Source: Thermoanaerobaculia bacterium
GTDB taxonomy: Bacteria > Acidobacteriota > Thermoanaerobaculia > UBA5066
DNA length: 64,000 nt
Direction: 5' to 3'
Assembly (NCBI GenBank): GCA_044229475.1
Contig: JBGASW010000006.1
Coordinates: forward strand, 57,090-121,089
Shown: positions 1 to 10,486 of the stretch, piece after piece
Layout of the letters: each line of letters opens with the position of its first letter
Position numbering within the stretch: position 1 is the stretch's first letter
Notes under the pieces: generated by a model
The model's database searches: none
Seen by the model: only the letters and a program-made list of their open reading frames with translations
What the model was told of the DNA's origin: nothing
Position numbers and translations under genes: made by a program

Positions 1-1
1 G

Positions 2-1552
2 GGGCGCAGCGGGCCCGCCTGGCGGCTGATCGGCGCCGCCGCGCTCGTGCAGGCCGCGCTCCACGCCGCGTCCGTCGGCCGGTACGGGATCTTCCGCGAC
101 GAGCTCTACTACCTCTCGTGCGCGAGCCGCCCGGCGGCGGGCTACGTCGACCAGCCGCCGTTCTCGATCCTCTTCCTTTCCGCGTGGCGGTTCCTCTTCG
201 GCGATTCGGCTGCGTCGCTGATGGTCCCGCCCGCGCTCTGCGGGGTCGCCGTCGTGGTGCTCACGGGCCTCCTCGCGCGGCGTTTCGGCGGCGGCCCGGC
301 GGCGCAGGGCCTCGCGTCCGCGGCGGCGGCCGTCGCGCCGATCTGGGTCGGGATGACCGGGTACTACTCGATGAACTCCTTCGACATCCTGCTCTGGACG
401 CTCGCGGCGACCGTCCTCGCGGCCCTTCTCGGCGACGAGCCCGGCCCGCGCGCGGGGCGGCTCTGGCTCACGCTCGGTCTCACTCTCGCGCTCGGCCTCC
501 TGAACAAGATCAGCGTCCTCTGGCTCGGCGCGGGGATCTTCGCCGGGCTCCTCCTCACGCCCGCGCGGCGCTGGCTGACGACGCTCGGCCCGTGGCTCGC
601 GGGCGGAATCGCGTTCCTCGGGCTCCTCCCGTACCTCGCGTGGAACGCCCTCCACCGCTGGCCGACGCTGGAGTTCATGCGGCGTGCGACGGGCGAGAAG
701 TACCGCGCGACGTCGCCGCTCGCGTTCGGCGGAGAGCTCCTCCTTCTCTTCCAGCCGCTCGCGGCGCCGCTGTGGATCGCGGGGCTCGTCTGGCTGCTCG
801 CGGCGCGGGACGGCCGGCGCTTCCGCCTCCTCGGCGTCGTGTTCGTCACGACGTTCGCAATCCTCCTCGCGAACCGCACGAGCAAGGCCGAGTACCTCGC
901 GGCGGCGTTCGCGCCGCTCCTCGCGGCGGGCGGCGTCGCCCTCGAGCGCCTTCTCCACCGCGGGCGCAGCGCGGCGGGCGCATGGGTCTACGGGACGCTC
1001 CTCGTTCTCGGGGGCGTCGCGATCGCGCCGTTCGCGCTGCCGCTCCTGCCCGTCCCCGAGTACCTCGCATATGCGAAGAAGCTCGGGATGGGCCCGACGA
1101 CGACCGAGCGCAACGAGCTGGGACCGCTTCCCCAGCACTTCGCGGACCGCTTCGGCTGGCCGGAGATGGCCGCCGAGGTCGCGCGCGTCGCCTCGATGCT
1201 GACGGCCGGGGAGCGCGGGACGGCCCGCGTCTGGGCGCGCAACTACGGCGAGGCGGCGGCGCTGGAGAAGTACGGCGCGCCGCTCGGCGTCCCGCGCGTC
1301 CTCTGCCCGCACAACAGCTTCTGGTTCTGGAGCGTCGCCGACGCGGAGAAGAACGCGCCGTTCAAGGGCCCGCTGATCGTGATCGGCGGGACGCGCCCGG
1401 ATCTCGAGACGGTCTTCGGCCGCGTCGAGGAGGCCGGGAAGACCGGCCACCCGCTCGCGATGCCCTACGAGAACGGGCGGCCGATCTGGATCTGCCGCGA
1501 CCCGAAGGAGGACCTCCGGGCCATCCTTCAGCGCGACCGGCTGTTCATCTGA
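2..1552 (+). CDS. ArnT/PMT-like GT-C membrane glycosyltransferase (family 39/83-like), probably 5'-partial
   Basis: FRDELYY...GYVDQPP motif and many TM helices; the frame is open back to position 2, so the start may lie upstream of the window. Confidence 0.8.
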   Translation, partial: GRSGPAWRLIGAAALVQAALHAASVGRYGIFRDELYYLSCASRPAAGYVDQPPFSILFLSAWRFLFGDSAASLMVPPALCGVAVVVLTGLLARRFGGGPAAQGLASAAAAVAPIWVGMTGYYSMNSFDILLWTLAATVLAALLGDEPGPRAGRLWLTLGLTLALGLLNKISVLWLGAGIFAGLLLTPARRWLTTLGPWLAGGIAFLGLLPYLAWNALHRWPTLEFMRRATGEKYRATSPLAFGGELLLLFQPLAAPLWIAGLVWLLAARDGRRFRLLGVVFVTTFAILLANRTSKAEYLAAAFAPLLAAGGVALERLLHRGRSAAGAWVYGTLLVLGGVAIAPFALPLLPVPEYLAYAKKLGMGPTTTERNELGPLPQHFADRFGWPEMAAEVARVASMLTAGERGTARVWARNYGEAAALEKYGAPLGVPRVLCPHNSFWFWSVADAEKNAPFKGPLIVIGGTRPDLETVFGRVEEAGKTGHPLAMPYENGRPIWICRDPKEDLRAILQRDRLFI

Positions 1553-3152
1553 TCCCGAACGTCGCGAGGAAGAACGTCGGGCCGTCCTTCTTCGCGACGC
1601 CGTGGTCGGGGTTCGCGGCGAGGTGGCGGAGGACGGCGAAGACGGTCTCGACGTCCGACTCGGAGAGCGCGCCCGCGATCTTCTCGGCGGTGCGGAACTC
1701 GCCCTTCCTCGCCCGGAGGTCCGCGAGGATCCGGGCCTGCAGCGCGAGGACGGCGATGGCGGCCTTCTTGCCCGCCTCGACGCCCGGCTGGTGGTACGCG
1801 TTGATGCCGACGAGCCCGGCGTAGAGGCCGACGGCCCGCTCGTAGAGCGCGATCAGGATTCCGATCGTCCGCGCCGACACGTCCGGCACGGTGAGCGTGA
1901 TCGACCCGCGGCCGTTCTCGGCGAGCGCCTTGCGTGTCCCGAGGAGGAAGCCGTTGAGGTAGTCGCCGGGCGTCACGTCGGGCTCCACCTCGAGCGAGCG
2001 CTCGCCGTCCGCGCGGTCCTTCTCGACCTCGAGGAAGGTCGCGAAGAAGTTCGGGACGCCCTCGCGCAGCTGCTGGACGTACGCGTGCTGGTCGGTCGAG
2101 CCCTTGTTGCCGTAGACGGCGATCCCCTGGTTCACGACGCGGCCCTCGAGGTCCCTCTCCTTGCCGAGCGACTCCATGACGAGCTGCTGGAGATAGCGCG
2201 AGAAAAGAAGGAGCCGGTCCTTGTACGGGAGGACGACCATGTCTTTCGCGCCGCGGCCGCCCGTCTCGTGGTGCCACGCGAGCGCGAGCATCGCCGCGGG
2301 GTTCTGTGCGACGTCGGGGACGCGCGTCGCCACGTCGCAGGCCGCCGCGCCGGAGAGCATCGCGTTGATGTCGAGGCCCTGGAGGGCCGCGGGCAGGAGG
2401 CCGACGGCCGAGAGCTCGGACGTCCGCCCGCCCACCCAGTCCCACATCGGGAAGCGCTCCAGCCAGCCGTCGCGGGCCGCCACCTCGTCGAGCTCGCTGT
2501 GGGAGCCCGTGACGGCGACGGCGTGCTTCGCGAAGTCGAGGCCGGCCCGGCGGTACGCGTCCGCGGCGACGAGCATCCCGTTGCGCGTCTCCTTCGTTCC
2601 GCCCGACTTCGAGATCACGACGGTGAGCGTCGCGGGGAGGCCGCCCTCCGTCGCCGCGATGCGCGAGATCTCGCGCGCCATGCCGTCGGGGTCCGTGTTG
2701 TCGAAAAAGAACGGCTTCAGCGGGTCGCGCGGCGAGCCGAGCGCGTCGGCGACGAACTGCGGCCCGAGCGCCGAGCCGCCGATCCCGACGACGAGGAGGT
2801 TCGTGAAGTGTTCGGCCTTCTCGGGCGCAATGCGTCCCGCGTGGACCGCGGCCGCGAAGGCCTCGAGGCGCGCGAGCGTCCCGCGGATCGCCTCGGCGGT
2901 CTCGGCGTCCGGCGCGCGCTCCGGGGCCCGCAGCCAGTAGTGGCCCACGCGGCGCTTCTCGTCCGGATTCGCGATCGCGCCCTTCTCGAGCGCGTCCATC
3001 GCGGCGAAGGCGGCGGGGAAGGCGCCCGTCACGAGCGGGTGCTTCCGCAGCGCGTCGTCCGCGAGGCCCGTCTTCGAGAGGTCGACGAGGAGGCCGAGCG
3101 CGGGCACGTGGAGCGACAGGGCCTGGACGCGGGGCCAGTCGTGAGCGGACAT
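1545..3152 (-). CDS. pgi: glucose-6-phosphate isomerase
   Basis: [45 protein letters not shown] motifs; ATG at 3152 (MSAHDWP). Confidence 0.95.
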   Translation of the reverse strand: MSAHDWPRVQALSLHVPALGLLVDLSKTGLADDALRKHPLVTGAFPAAFAAMDALEKGAIANPDEKRRVGHYWLRAPERAPDAETAEAIRGTLARLEAFAAAVHAGRIAPEKAEHFTNLLVVGIGGSALGPQFVADALGSPRDPLKPFFFDNTDPDGMAREISRIAATEGGLPATLTVVISKSGGTKETRNGMLVAADAYRRAGLDFAKHAVAVTGSHSELDEVAARDGWLERFPMWDWVGGRTSELSAVGLLPAALQGLDINAMLSGAAACDVATRVPDVAQNPAAMLALAWHHETGGRGAKDMVVLPYKDRLLLFSRYLQQLVMESLGKERDLEGRVVNQGIAVYGNKGSTDQHAYVQQLREGVPNFFATFLEVEKDRADGERSLEVEPDVTPGDYLNGFLLGTRKALAENGRGSITLTVPDVSARTIGILIALYERAVGLYAGLVGINAYHQPGVEAGKKAAIAVLALQARILADLRARKGEFRTAEKIAGALSESDVETVFAVLRHLAANPDHGVAKKDGPTFFLATFGIR

Positions 3153-3213
3153 CGGGAGCCTCCCCCCTCCATGATCTCCGATCCGGGCGGGGGCCGCGTA
3201 AACTGCGCGCCTC

Positions 3214-4185
3214 ATGGCGAAAACGAACGGCAAGGGCCTCGCCCTCGGGATCGACCTCGGCGGCACGAAGATCCTCGCGGGGATCGTCGACCCGTCGAAC
3301 CGCATCCTCGGGCGCGGCAAGCTCAAGACTCCCTTCGCCGACGGCCCCGACGCGATCGGCGCCGCGCTCGTCGAGGCCTGCGACCTCGCCTTGAAGGAAG
3401 CCGGCGCCGCGCGCGGCGACGTCTCCTCCTTCGCGATCGCGGCGCCGGGCGCCGTGGACACGATCAAGGGGACGCTGCTCAAGGCCGCGAACCTCAACGC
3501 CTCGAACTGGAACGTCGTGAAGGCCGTCGGGTCGGCGTTCCCCGGCGCGGCGGGCCGCGTCGAGAACGACGTGCGCCTCGCGGCGCTCGCGGAGGCCCGC
3601 CTCGGCGCCGGCCGCGGCTCGAACCTCATGGTCGCCGTGTGGGTCGGAACGGGCGTCGGCGGCGCCGTGATCATGAACGGGAAGATCCACTCGGGGCACA
3701 ACCGCAACGCGGGGGAGATCGGGCACACGCAGATCGACTTCCGCCGGGCGGCCCCCGGCACCATCGACGGGACGCTCGAGGGCACGGCCGCCAAGGTCGG
3801 GATCGCGGCTTACCTCAAGCGTCGGATCGACCGCGGCGACAAGACCGAGCTCGAGAAAGCGGTCTCGAAGAAGGACGTCCGCCTCAAGGGCTCGCAGCTG
3901 CGCGACGCGTGGGAGGAGGGCGACGAGCTCGCGCGCCGCGCGCTCCAGCGCTCGGCCCGCGCCGTCGGGATCACGATCGCGAACGTCTGGAACATCCTCT
4001 CGCCCGACGTCTTCGTCCTCGGGGGAGGCGTCGCGACCGACGTGGGTCCGGCCTACCTGGCGGAGGTCCGCAAGTGGGCGGACGCCTTCGCGTTCACGCA
4101 GGACCTCGGCACGCTCCGGGTGGAGCCGGCCGGCCTCGGGGACGACTCCGGGCTCCTCGGGGCGGCGCTCTACTCGCGCGACTGA
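3214..4185 (+). CDS. ROK family sugar kinase (glucokinase-like)
   Basis: [23 protein letters not shown] motifs; divergent from pgi. Confidence 0.9.
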   Translation: MAKTNGKGLALGIDLGGTKILAGIVDPSNRILGRGKLKTPFADGPDAIGAALVEACDLALKEAGAARGDVSSFAIAAPGAVDTIKGTLLKAANLNASNWNVVKAVGSAFPGAAGRVENDVRLAALAEARLGAGRGSNLMVAVWVGTGVGGAVIMNGKIHSGHNRNAGEIGHTQIDFRRAAPGTIDGTLEGTAAKVGIAAYLKRRIDRGDKTELEKAVSKKDVRLKGSQLRDAWEEGDELARRALQRSARAVGITIANVWNILSPDVFVLGGGVATDVGPAYLAEVRKWADAFAFTQDLGTLRVEPAGLGDDSGLLGAALYSRD

Positions 4186-4220
4186 GTCCCGCCCGGCTCA
4201 TCTGGCACAATCGGACTCCC

Positions 4221-5009
4221 ATGAGCTGTACGGGCTGTTCCCTCGGCACCTCCACGAACCCCGGCGGGAACTACGTCGGGGCGCGCCTCGCCGACGCCGA
4301 GGACGGCAAGACGACGCTCGTCTTCACGGGCGAGGTCCAGGTCAAGCCCGGCGAGCGCGTCATCGTCGAGACCGAGAACGGCCCCGAGTTCGCGGAGGTC
4401 ACGACGACGTCGCCGACCCTCGCGCGGTCCTGCTCGGCGAAGAAGGCGCGCCGGTTCCTGCGGCTCGCCTCCGATTCCGAGTACGCCGACTACGCCGAGC
4501 GCCTCGAGCTGCAGCAGGCCGCCCTCGCGTTCGCGGACGAGAAGGTCGCCGCGATGCGCCTCGACATCCACGTCGTCAAGTGCGCCGTCGGCTTCGACCG
4601 CCGCAAGCTGACCGTCCTCTACACGTCGGAGAAGAAGCCCGAGGTGCGCGACCTCTCGCGGGCGATCTCGGACAAGTTCGACCTCCGGGTCGACATGAAG
4701 ATGATCGGCGTCCGCGACGAGACGAAGCTCCTCGGCGGCATCGGCTCGTGCGGCCTGACGCTGTGCTGCTCGACGTGGCTCAAGGGCTTCCACCCCGTCG
4801 CGATCCGGATGGCGAAGATGCAGGGGCTCACGCCGAACCCCGCCAAGCTCACGGGTCAGTGCGGCCGCCTGAAGTGCTGCGTGGCCTACGAGCTCGAGGG
4901 CGGCATCGAGGCGGCCCGCCGGATGGGCCACGGCGGCGACCGCGATCGCCGTGAAAAGAACGTCCCGGCTCCGCCGACCCCGGCGGCTCCCCCGCCTCCT
5001 TCCGCCTGA
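4221..5009 (+). CDS. PSP1-domain RicT/YaaT-like Fe-S protein
   Basis: IGVRDE..GGIGSCG..LCCSTW and KLTGQCGRLKCC motifs; ATG at 4221 (MSCTGCS). Confidence 0.88.
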   Translation: MSCTGCSLGTSTNPGGNYVGARLADAEDGKTTLVFTGEVQVKPGERVIVETENGPEFAEVTTTSPTLARSCSAKKARRFLRLASDSEYADYAERLELQQAALAFADEKVAAMRLDIHVVKCAVGFDRRKLTVLYTSEKKPEVRDLSRAISDKFDLRVDMKMIGVRDETKLLGGIGSCGLTLCCSTWLKGFHPVAIRMAKMQGLTPNPAKLTGQCGRLKCCVAYELEGGIEAARRMGHGGDRDRREKNVPAPPTPAAPPPPSA

Positions 5010-5099
5010 GGCCGGTTTCGCCCTCCGGGGATGCCCGGAATAGACTCCGGGCAACATCCGTTCCCCCTGCCGCGTAGACACCCCTTGAGGAGTCCCCAC

Positions 5100-5537
5100 A
5101 TGGCTTCCGCGAAAAGGCCCGTTCCAGGCGCCCCTGCCCCCGGCGAGGGGGGAGGTCCGCCCGAGGAGCTGGGCCCGCGCAAGCTCATCCGGCCCTCGCT
5201 GGCCGGCGTCATGCGCGACCAGGGCTCGCCCCGGCCGGCCGGCGGCGGCGCCCGGCGCGTCGTCCCCCCCGAGCAGACGAACGCGGAGGCCTACTACTAC
5301 CTCAAGCAGATGCAGTCCAAGACGCCGATCGTCGTCCGCCTCGTGGACGGCGAGGAGCTCCGCGGCTGGATCGAGTGGTACGACAAGGACGTCATCAAGC
5401 TCAACCGGGACCACGCACCGAACCTCCTGATCCCGAAGCGCTCCATCAAGTACCTCTACAAGGAGGAAGAGGAGCGCATGCACAAGAAGAGGCGGCGGCC
5501 GCTGCCCGGCGCGGGCCCCGGGGTCGACGGCGCCTAG
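5100..5537 (+). CDS. Hfq-like Sm-fold RNA chaperone
   Basis: AEAYYYLKQMQSKTPIVVRLVDGEELRGWIEWYDK...LLIPKRSIKY resembles Sm1/Sm2; GAGGAG RBS before ATG 5100. Confidence 0.75.
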   Translation: MASAKRPVPGAPAPGEGGGPPEELGPRKLIRPSLAGVMRDQGSPRPAGGGARRVVPPEQTNAEAYYYLKQMQSKTPIVVRLVDGEELRGWIEWYDKDVIKLNRDHAPNLLIPKRSIKYLYKEEEERMHKKRRRPLPGAGPGVDGA

Positions 5538-5592
5538 ATGACGTCCCTGCGGGATTGACGGCGCGCCGCGCGGCGGGCATACACTCGCCCGC

Positions 5593-6999
5593 ATGAACGA
5601 CAGCAAACTCACCAAGGAAGCCCTCACGGCGTTCGCGGCCCAGAACCGCGATCGCTTCGAATCCCTCCTCAAGGACTTCGTCGAGCGCCCGACGGTCTCC
5701 GTCGACCCTTCGAAGAAGCCCGCCATCGCCGAGTGCGTGACGCTCGCGTGCGACACGATCAAGGCGTTCGGAGGCGTTCCGTCCGTTCTCGAGACGAGCG
5801 GCCACCCGATCGTCCACGGCGTGTTCGGCGACGACCCGTCCCGCCCGACCGTCACGGTCTACAACCACCTCGACGTCCAGCCCGCCTCCAAGCAGACGGA
5901 GCCGTGGGAGACGGAGCCGTTCGTGTTCACGAAGAAGGGCGACCGCTACTTCGGCCGCGGCACGACGGACGACAAGGGCCCCGCGCTCTCGGCGCTGTTC
6001 GGCGCGAAGGCCGCGATGGACGCCGGCGTCCCGGTGAACGTCCGCGTCCTGTGGGAGTTCGAGGAGGAGATCGGCTCGCCGAGCTTCGCGAAGGGCATCG
6101 GCGCCGCCAAGGACAGGCTCGCGACCGACTCGATCATCGTCTCGGACACGATCTGGATCGCCCGCGGCAAGCCCGCGGCGCCGGCCGGCCTGCGCGGCCT
6201 GCAGGGCATGCTCTTCACGCTCGAGACGGGCACGACGGACCAGCACTCGGGCGTGACGGGCGGCGCGGCGCGCAACCCGATGGCCGAACTCATGCAGGTC
6301 GTCTCGGAGTGCTTCGACGCGAAGACGGGCAAGGTCAAGATCCCCGGCTTCTACAAGGACGTGGTCCCGCCGACGAAGGCCGAGCTCGAGGACTTCCGGA
6401 AGTCCGGCTTCACGGTCGCCGGCTTCAAGAAGGACCACCTGTTCAAGTCGATCCGCACGAACGACGCGCTGGACGTCATGAAGCGCATCTGGGCGCAGCC
6501 GACGTTCGAGATCCACGGCTGCGTCGGCGGCTACACGGGCCCGGGCGTGAAGACGGTCATCCCGCCGCGCGCCGAGGTCAAGGTCTCCTGCCGCCTCGTC
6601 CCGAACCAGACGGGCGCGAAGATCGCGAAGCTCGTGACGGACTTCGTGAAGAAGAAGAACAAGGACGTGAAGGTCCACCTCGAGGGGCGCCTCGACCCGT
6701 ACCAGGGCGTGACGACGGGTCCGCTCGCGGACGCGGTGCGCTCGAGCGTGAAGTTCGCGTTCGGAAGGACGCCCGTCTTCGTGCGCGAGGGCGGCTCGAT
6801 CGGCGCGGTGCTCACGATGGAGCAGACGCTCAAGGCGCCGGTCCTCTTCCTCGGGCTCTCTCTGCCCGAGCACGGCTACCACGCCCCGAACGAGAACTAC
6901 GACTGGGAGCAGGCCTCGGGCGGCATGATCGCGTTCGCGAAGTACTTCCAGGAGGTCGGCGCGCTCGGCAAGGTCGGCGCGAAGGGCTACCGGCCGTAG
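5593..6999 (+). CDS. M20/M25/M40 metallopeptidase (dipeptidase-like)
   Basis: HLDVQP, GRGTTDDKG, EEEIGS, HAPNE motifs. Confidence 0.92.
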   Translation: MNDSKLTKEALTAFAAQNRDRFESLLKDFVERPTVSVDPSKKPAIAECVTLACDTIKAFGGVPSVLETSGHPIVHGVFGDDPSRPTVTVYNHLDVQPASKQTEPWETEPFVFTKKGDRYFGRGTTDDKGPALSALFGAKAAMDAGVPVNVRVLWEFEEEIGSPSFAKGIGAAKDRLATDSIIVSDTIWIARGKPAAPAGLRGLQGMLFTLETGTTDQHSGVTGGAARNPMAELMQVVSECFDAKTGKVKIPGFYKDVVPPTKAELEDFRKSGFTVAGFKKDHLFKSIRTNDALDVMKRIWAQPTFEIHGCVGGYTGPGVKTVIPPRAEVKVSCRLVPNQTGAKIAKLVTDFVKKKNKDVKVHLEGRLDPYQGVTTGPLADAVRSSVKFAFGRTPVFVREGGSIGAVLTMEQTLKAPVLFLGLSLPEHGYHAPNENYDWEQASGGMIAFAKYFQEVGALGKVGAKGYRP

Positions 7000-7011
7000 C
7001 CCATGGGGGGT

Positions 7012-7039
7012 GCGGGGGGAGCGGGGAAGCTCCCCCCGC
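7012..7039. terminator. perfect 11-bp hairpin between convergent genes (terminator or REP-like)
   Basis: GCGGGGGGAGC-GGGGAA-GCTCCCCCCGC; no U-tract. Confidence 0.5.
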
Positions 7040-7051
7040 CAAGACCCTCGA

Positions 7052-9787
7052 TCACCGTCCCGTTCCGGGACTCTCTTCTCTCGGGCGGAAGCTCCAGAAC
7101 TCGCCGTTCGTGCCGAGCGCCATCGCGAGGACGGTGCCGCCTCGGCCCCACGAGGCCGTCAGGATCTCGCCCGGGGCGCGCACGGGGATGAGCGTGAGCG
7201 CGCCGGTCGCGGGGTCGAGCACCGCGGGAACGGGCAGCCAGGTCTCCGGCGACACGGCCGAGACGAGGATCCTCCCGTCGGGCCCCACCGCGCCGCCCGA
7301 GAGCGGAGCGGTCGCGAGGCGGAGCGGCCCGGCCGTGAGGACGGGAGTCTCCGCGCGCGTCGCGAACGGAACGCGGACGAGCTGCACGCCCGACGCCGCG
7401 TTGCGCTGGACGAGGACGTCGTCCGCGCCCGGGTCGCCCGCGACGCCGTGTCCGGCGCAGAACGCCTTCGAGGCGCCGCTCGCGGCGTCCACGGACCAGA
7501 TCGTCCCGCCGTCCGCGAAGAAGATCGTCCGGCCGTCGCGGGACGCCGCGAGGGACGACGGGATCGCGCCCTTGGGCAGCGCGTGCTTCTTGACGAGGCG
7601 CCCGTCGGCGCGCGCCGCGACCGCGAGGAGCGGCGGCGCCGACGACGAACCGGTGAGGAACGCGACGGCGTCCCGCCCTGCGAGCGTCACGGGGCCGAAC
7701 GTCGGCTCCGAGAGCCCGGTGAAGGGCCGGAGGTCGCCGCCTTCTCCCGTCACGAGGATCTGGCGCCGGCCCGCGACGAGCCCGGGCACGAGGAGGCGTC
7801 CGTCCTCGAACTCGACGGGCGTCATGACGAGGCCCGCGGGCGCGCTCCCGAGGCGTTCGGGCAGGCCGCCCGCGACCGCGAGCCGGAGGATCTCGGCGAC
7901 GCCGTCGGAGAACCCGACGTAGAGCGTCCCCGCGGGCCCCTCCGCGAGGTACCGCGGCCGGCTCGAGAAGGAGAGGAGCGTCTCGACGCCGGTGCCGTCG
8001 CGCCGGGCCGCGACGATGCGGTGCAGGTCGCCGGCGGCGAGGCGCGCCAGAACGCGCGTCCCGTCGCGCGTCGGGAGGAACGGCGGGAGGAGCGGCAGCT
8101 CGGGCAGGAACGGGGTCGCGGCGCCGGTCTCGACGTCGAGGACGTGCAGGCGCCGCCCGCCCGCGTCCTTGGCGCCCGCGAGGCGCCCCCAGACGAGGAC
8201 CGACTTGCCGTCGGGGAACGCGCGCGAGACGAGGTCGCTCGAGTCCGCGAGGACGGGCGGCCCGACGTTCTTCTGCTTGCCGCTGTCGGGCCAGACGTGC
8301 ACGAGCTGGAACCGCCGCTCGGCGTCGAGCTTCACGACGAGGAGGCTGCCGTCGGGAAGCGGGTCGGGGCTCTGCGCGCCCTCGACGACGAGACGCTCCT
8401 CGCCGCCGATCGCGGGGACGCTCGAGACGCCCAGCGGGACGTCCGTCACGCGGTCGAAGAAGAGGCGCGTCCCGTCCGGAGACCACTCGACGCGGTGGAC
8501 CGCGCCCGCGTCGCGCCGCTTCGTGAGAACGGTCCAGTCCCCCGACTCGGGCTCCATGGCGGCGACCTGTGCGAGGCCGCCGACCGGCGTCAGGAACGCG
8601 ACGCGCCGGCCGTCCGGGCCGCTGCGCGGGGAGAGGACACGCGTGGACCCGCCCATGACGAGCGAGCCCGACCACGACGGAGCGGGCGCGTCCGCGGACG
8701 TGCGCCTCAGCCAGTAGCCGAGGCCGCCGCCTGCCGCGACGAGCGCGAGCGCGCCGAGCGTGACGAGAAGGACGCGCCCGACGCGGCGCGCGGCGGATTC
8801 GGGCGGGGCCGGAGCCGCGGCGGCAGCGGGCGTGCCGAGAGTGACGGACGGCCCGGCCCCCGCGCGCGTGCGCGTCGTCGCGACGGGCTCGTGGCGCGCG
8901 GTCTGGGCCGTCTGGAGGGACGTGTCCGTCGCGAGTATGTCGGCGTTGCGCTCGAGCTGCTGCCACTCGCGCGCGAGGTCGCGCGTCGACGCGTAACGCT
9001 CCTCGGGGTCCTTCGCGAGGCAGCGCTCGATGACCCACCGCACGGGGGCCGCGAGCCGCGGCGCGGCGACGGCGAGGGGCTCGGGCTCCTCCCGGATGAT
9101 CGCCGTGAGCGTCTCGACGGGCGTCGGGCGCTCGAAGGCGCGCCGGCCCGTCGCCATCTCGTAGAGGAGGAGCCCGACGGAGAACTGGTCGGAGCGGAAA
9201 TCCACGGCGCGGCCCGACGCCTGCTCGGGCGACATGTAGCCCGGCGTCCCGACGACGAGTCCCGTGCTCGTGAGCGCCGGCGTCGCGGCGCCGCCCGCGG
9301 CCGCCGGAGAGAGCTTCGCGATCCCGAAGTCGAGGATCTTGAGGAACCCGTCCGAGGAGAGCATGAGGTTCTCGGGCTTGAGGTCCCGATGGACGATACC
9401 GGCGCCGTGCGCGCTCGCGAGCCCGTCCGTGAGCTGCGCGGCGACGTCGAGCAGCCGGCGCAGCGGAAGGGGGCCGTCCTTGAGGATCTCGCGCATCGTC
9501 CGGCCGGTGATGAACTCCATCGCGAGGAAGGGCGCGCCGTCGGTCCTCCCGATGTCGTAGATCGTGACGATGTTCGGGTGGTTGAGCGCGGAGGCCGCGC
9601 GGGCCTCGTGGGCGAAGCGGACGAGGCCCTCCTTGTCGTCGGCGAGGTGCGCCGGGAGGACCTTCAGGGCGACCTCGCGCCCGAGGCGCGTGTCGCGGCC
9701 GCGGTAAACGTCGCCCATGCCCCCCGAGCCGAGGAGCGACACGACCTCGAACGGCCCGATCATGGTCCCGGCCTCGATGGTCAACAC
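7052..9787 (-). CDS. Hanks-type Ser/Thr kinase with TM helix and C-terminal TolB/PD40-like beta-propeller
   Basis: GSGGMG, VALK, HRDLKPEN, DFG, GTPGYMSPEQ; hydrophobic segment followed by WSPDG-type repeats. Confidence 0.92.
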   Translation of the reverse strand: MLTIEAGTMIGPFEVVSLLGSGGMGDVYRGRDTRLGREVALKVLPAHLADDKEGLVRFAHEARAASALNHPNIVTIYDIGRTDGAPFLAMEFITGRTMREILKDGPLPLRRLLDVAAQLTDGLASAHGAGIVHRDLKPENLMLSSDGFLKILDFGIAKLSPAAAGGAATPALTSTGLVVGTPGYMSPEQASGRAVDFRSDQFSVGLLLYEMATGRRAFERPTPVETLTAIIREEPEPLAVAAPRLAAPVRWVIERCLAKDPEERYASTRDLAREWQQLERNADILATDTSLQTAQTARHEPVATTRTRAGAGPSVTLGTPAAAAAPAPPESAARRVGRVLLVTLGALALVAAGGGLGYWLRRTSADAPAPSWSGSLVMGGSTRVLSPRSGPDGRRVAFLTPVGGLAQVAAMEPESGDWTVLTKRRDAGAVHRVEWSPDGTRLFFDRVTDVPLGVSSVPAIGGEERLVVEGAQSPDPLPDGSLLVVKLDAERRFQLVHVWPDSGKQKNVGPPVLADSSDLVSRAFPDGKSVLVWGRLAGAKDAGGRRLHVLDVETGAATPFLPELPLLPPFLPTRDGTRVLARLAAGDLHRIVAARRDGTGVETLLSFSSRPRYLAEGPAGTLYVGFSDGVAEILRLAVAGGLPERLGSAPAGLVMTPVEFEDGRLLVPGLVAGRRQILVTGEGGDLRPFTGLSEPTFGPVTLAGRDAVAFLTGSSSAPPLLAVAARADGRLVKKHALPKGAIPSSLAASRDGRTIFFADGGTIWSVDAASGASKAFCAGHGVAGDPGADDVLVQRNAASGVQLVRVPFATRAETPVLTAGPLRLATAPLSGGAVGPDGRILVSAVSPETWLPVPAVLDPATGALTLIPVRAPGEILTASWGRGGTVLAMALGTNGEFWSFRPREESPGTGR

Positions 9788-9799
9788 GGGAAGGATAAG

Positions 9800-10486
9800 T
9801 CAGCGCGCGAGATCGAGAGAGAGCGCCCCCGCGTAGAAGCTCAGGCCCGGGTTGTCGGGACCGACCGTGCCGAGGTTGGAGACGTGCGTCCGGCGGACGC
9901 CGACCGACAGCGCGGCGCCGCCGCCGAGACGGACGCGCACGCGTCCCCCGAGGATGTCGAGGAAATTGAAGCGCGAGCCCTCCGCGGGCACGGGCGAGAA
10001 CGCCCAGAGGAGGCCCACCGAGGCCTCGAGGCGAAGGCCGACCGCGGCGCGGGGGAACGCGTCCCACGCGAGGAACGGCGCGGCGGCCACCGCCGCGCGG
10101 CTCTCCCGCGGCCGGTCGGGCAGGTCGACTCGCGTGAGGCTCACGAGAAAGAGCGGCGTCAGCTCCACGCCCCAGGCGAAGCCCGAAGTGAGCGGGAAGT
10201 CGCGCGCGACGGAGAGCGACCCGAACTCCGCGAAGCCCTGAGACGTCGGCGCGGACGCCTGGCCGTAGGACGAGATCACGTGCCACACGGGCGGCGCGGG
10301 CGGCGCGGCGGGCGATGGCGTTTGAAGATTTTCTTCGAGTGGCAAGGAGCCGGAGGCAGATTGCGAGGCGGGCGCCTCGGGCGCCGGCGGCGCGGCAGCC
10401 CGGGCCGTTTTACCTTCTAAGAAGAAAACCAGCGTTGCGGCCAGCTGAATGGCGGCTCGCAGCGGTCGGGTCTTTGTCCCCCTCAA
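9800..10486 (-). CDS. PagL-like acyloxyacyl hydrolase / lipid A deacylase beta-barrel
   Basis: C-terminal FNF...HVSN...NPG pattern; TTG start overlaps the upstream TGA (TTGA); start uncertain. Confidence 0.65.
   Translation of the reverse strand: MRGTKTRPLRAAIQLAATLVFFLEGKTARAAAPPAPEAPASQSASGSLPLEENLQTPSPAAPPAPPVWHVISSYGQASAPTSQGFAEFGSLSVARDFPLTSGFAWGVELTPLFLVSLTRVDLPDRPRESRAAVAAAPFLAWDAFPRAAVGLRLEASVGLLWAFSPVPAEGSRFNFLDILGGRVRVRLGGGAALSVGVRRTHVSNLGTVGPDNPGLSFYAGALSLDLAR
10413..10423 (-). repeat. TTCTTAGAAGG intragenic motif, copy 1
   Basis: + strand CCTTCTAAGAA; encodes F-L(TTA)-E-G in the PagL-like gene. Confidence 0.6.
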
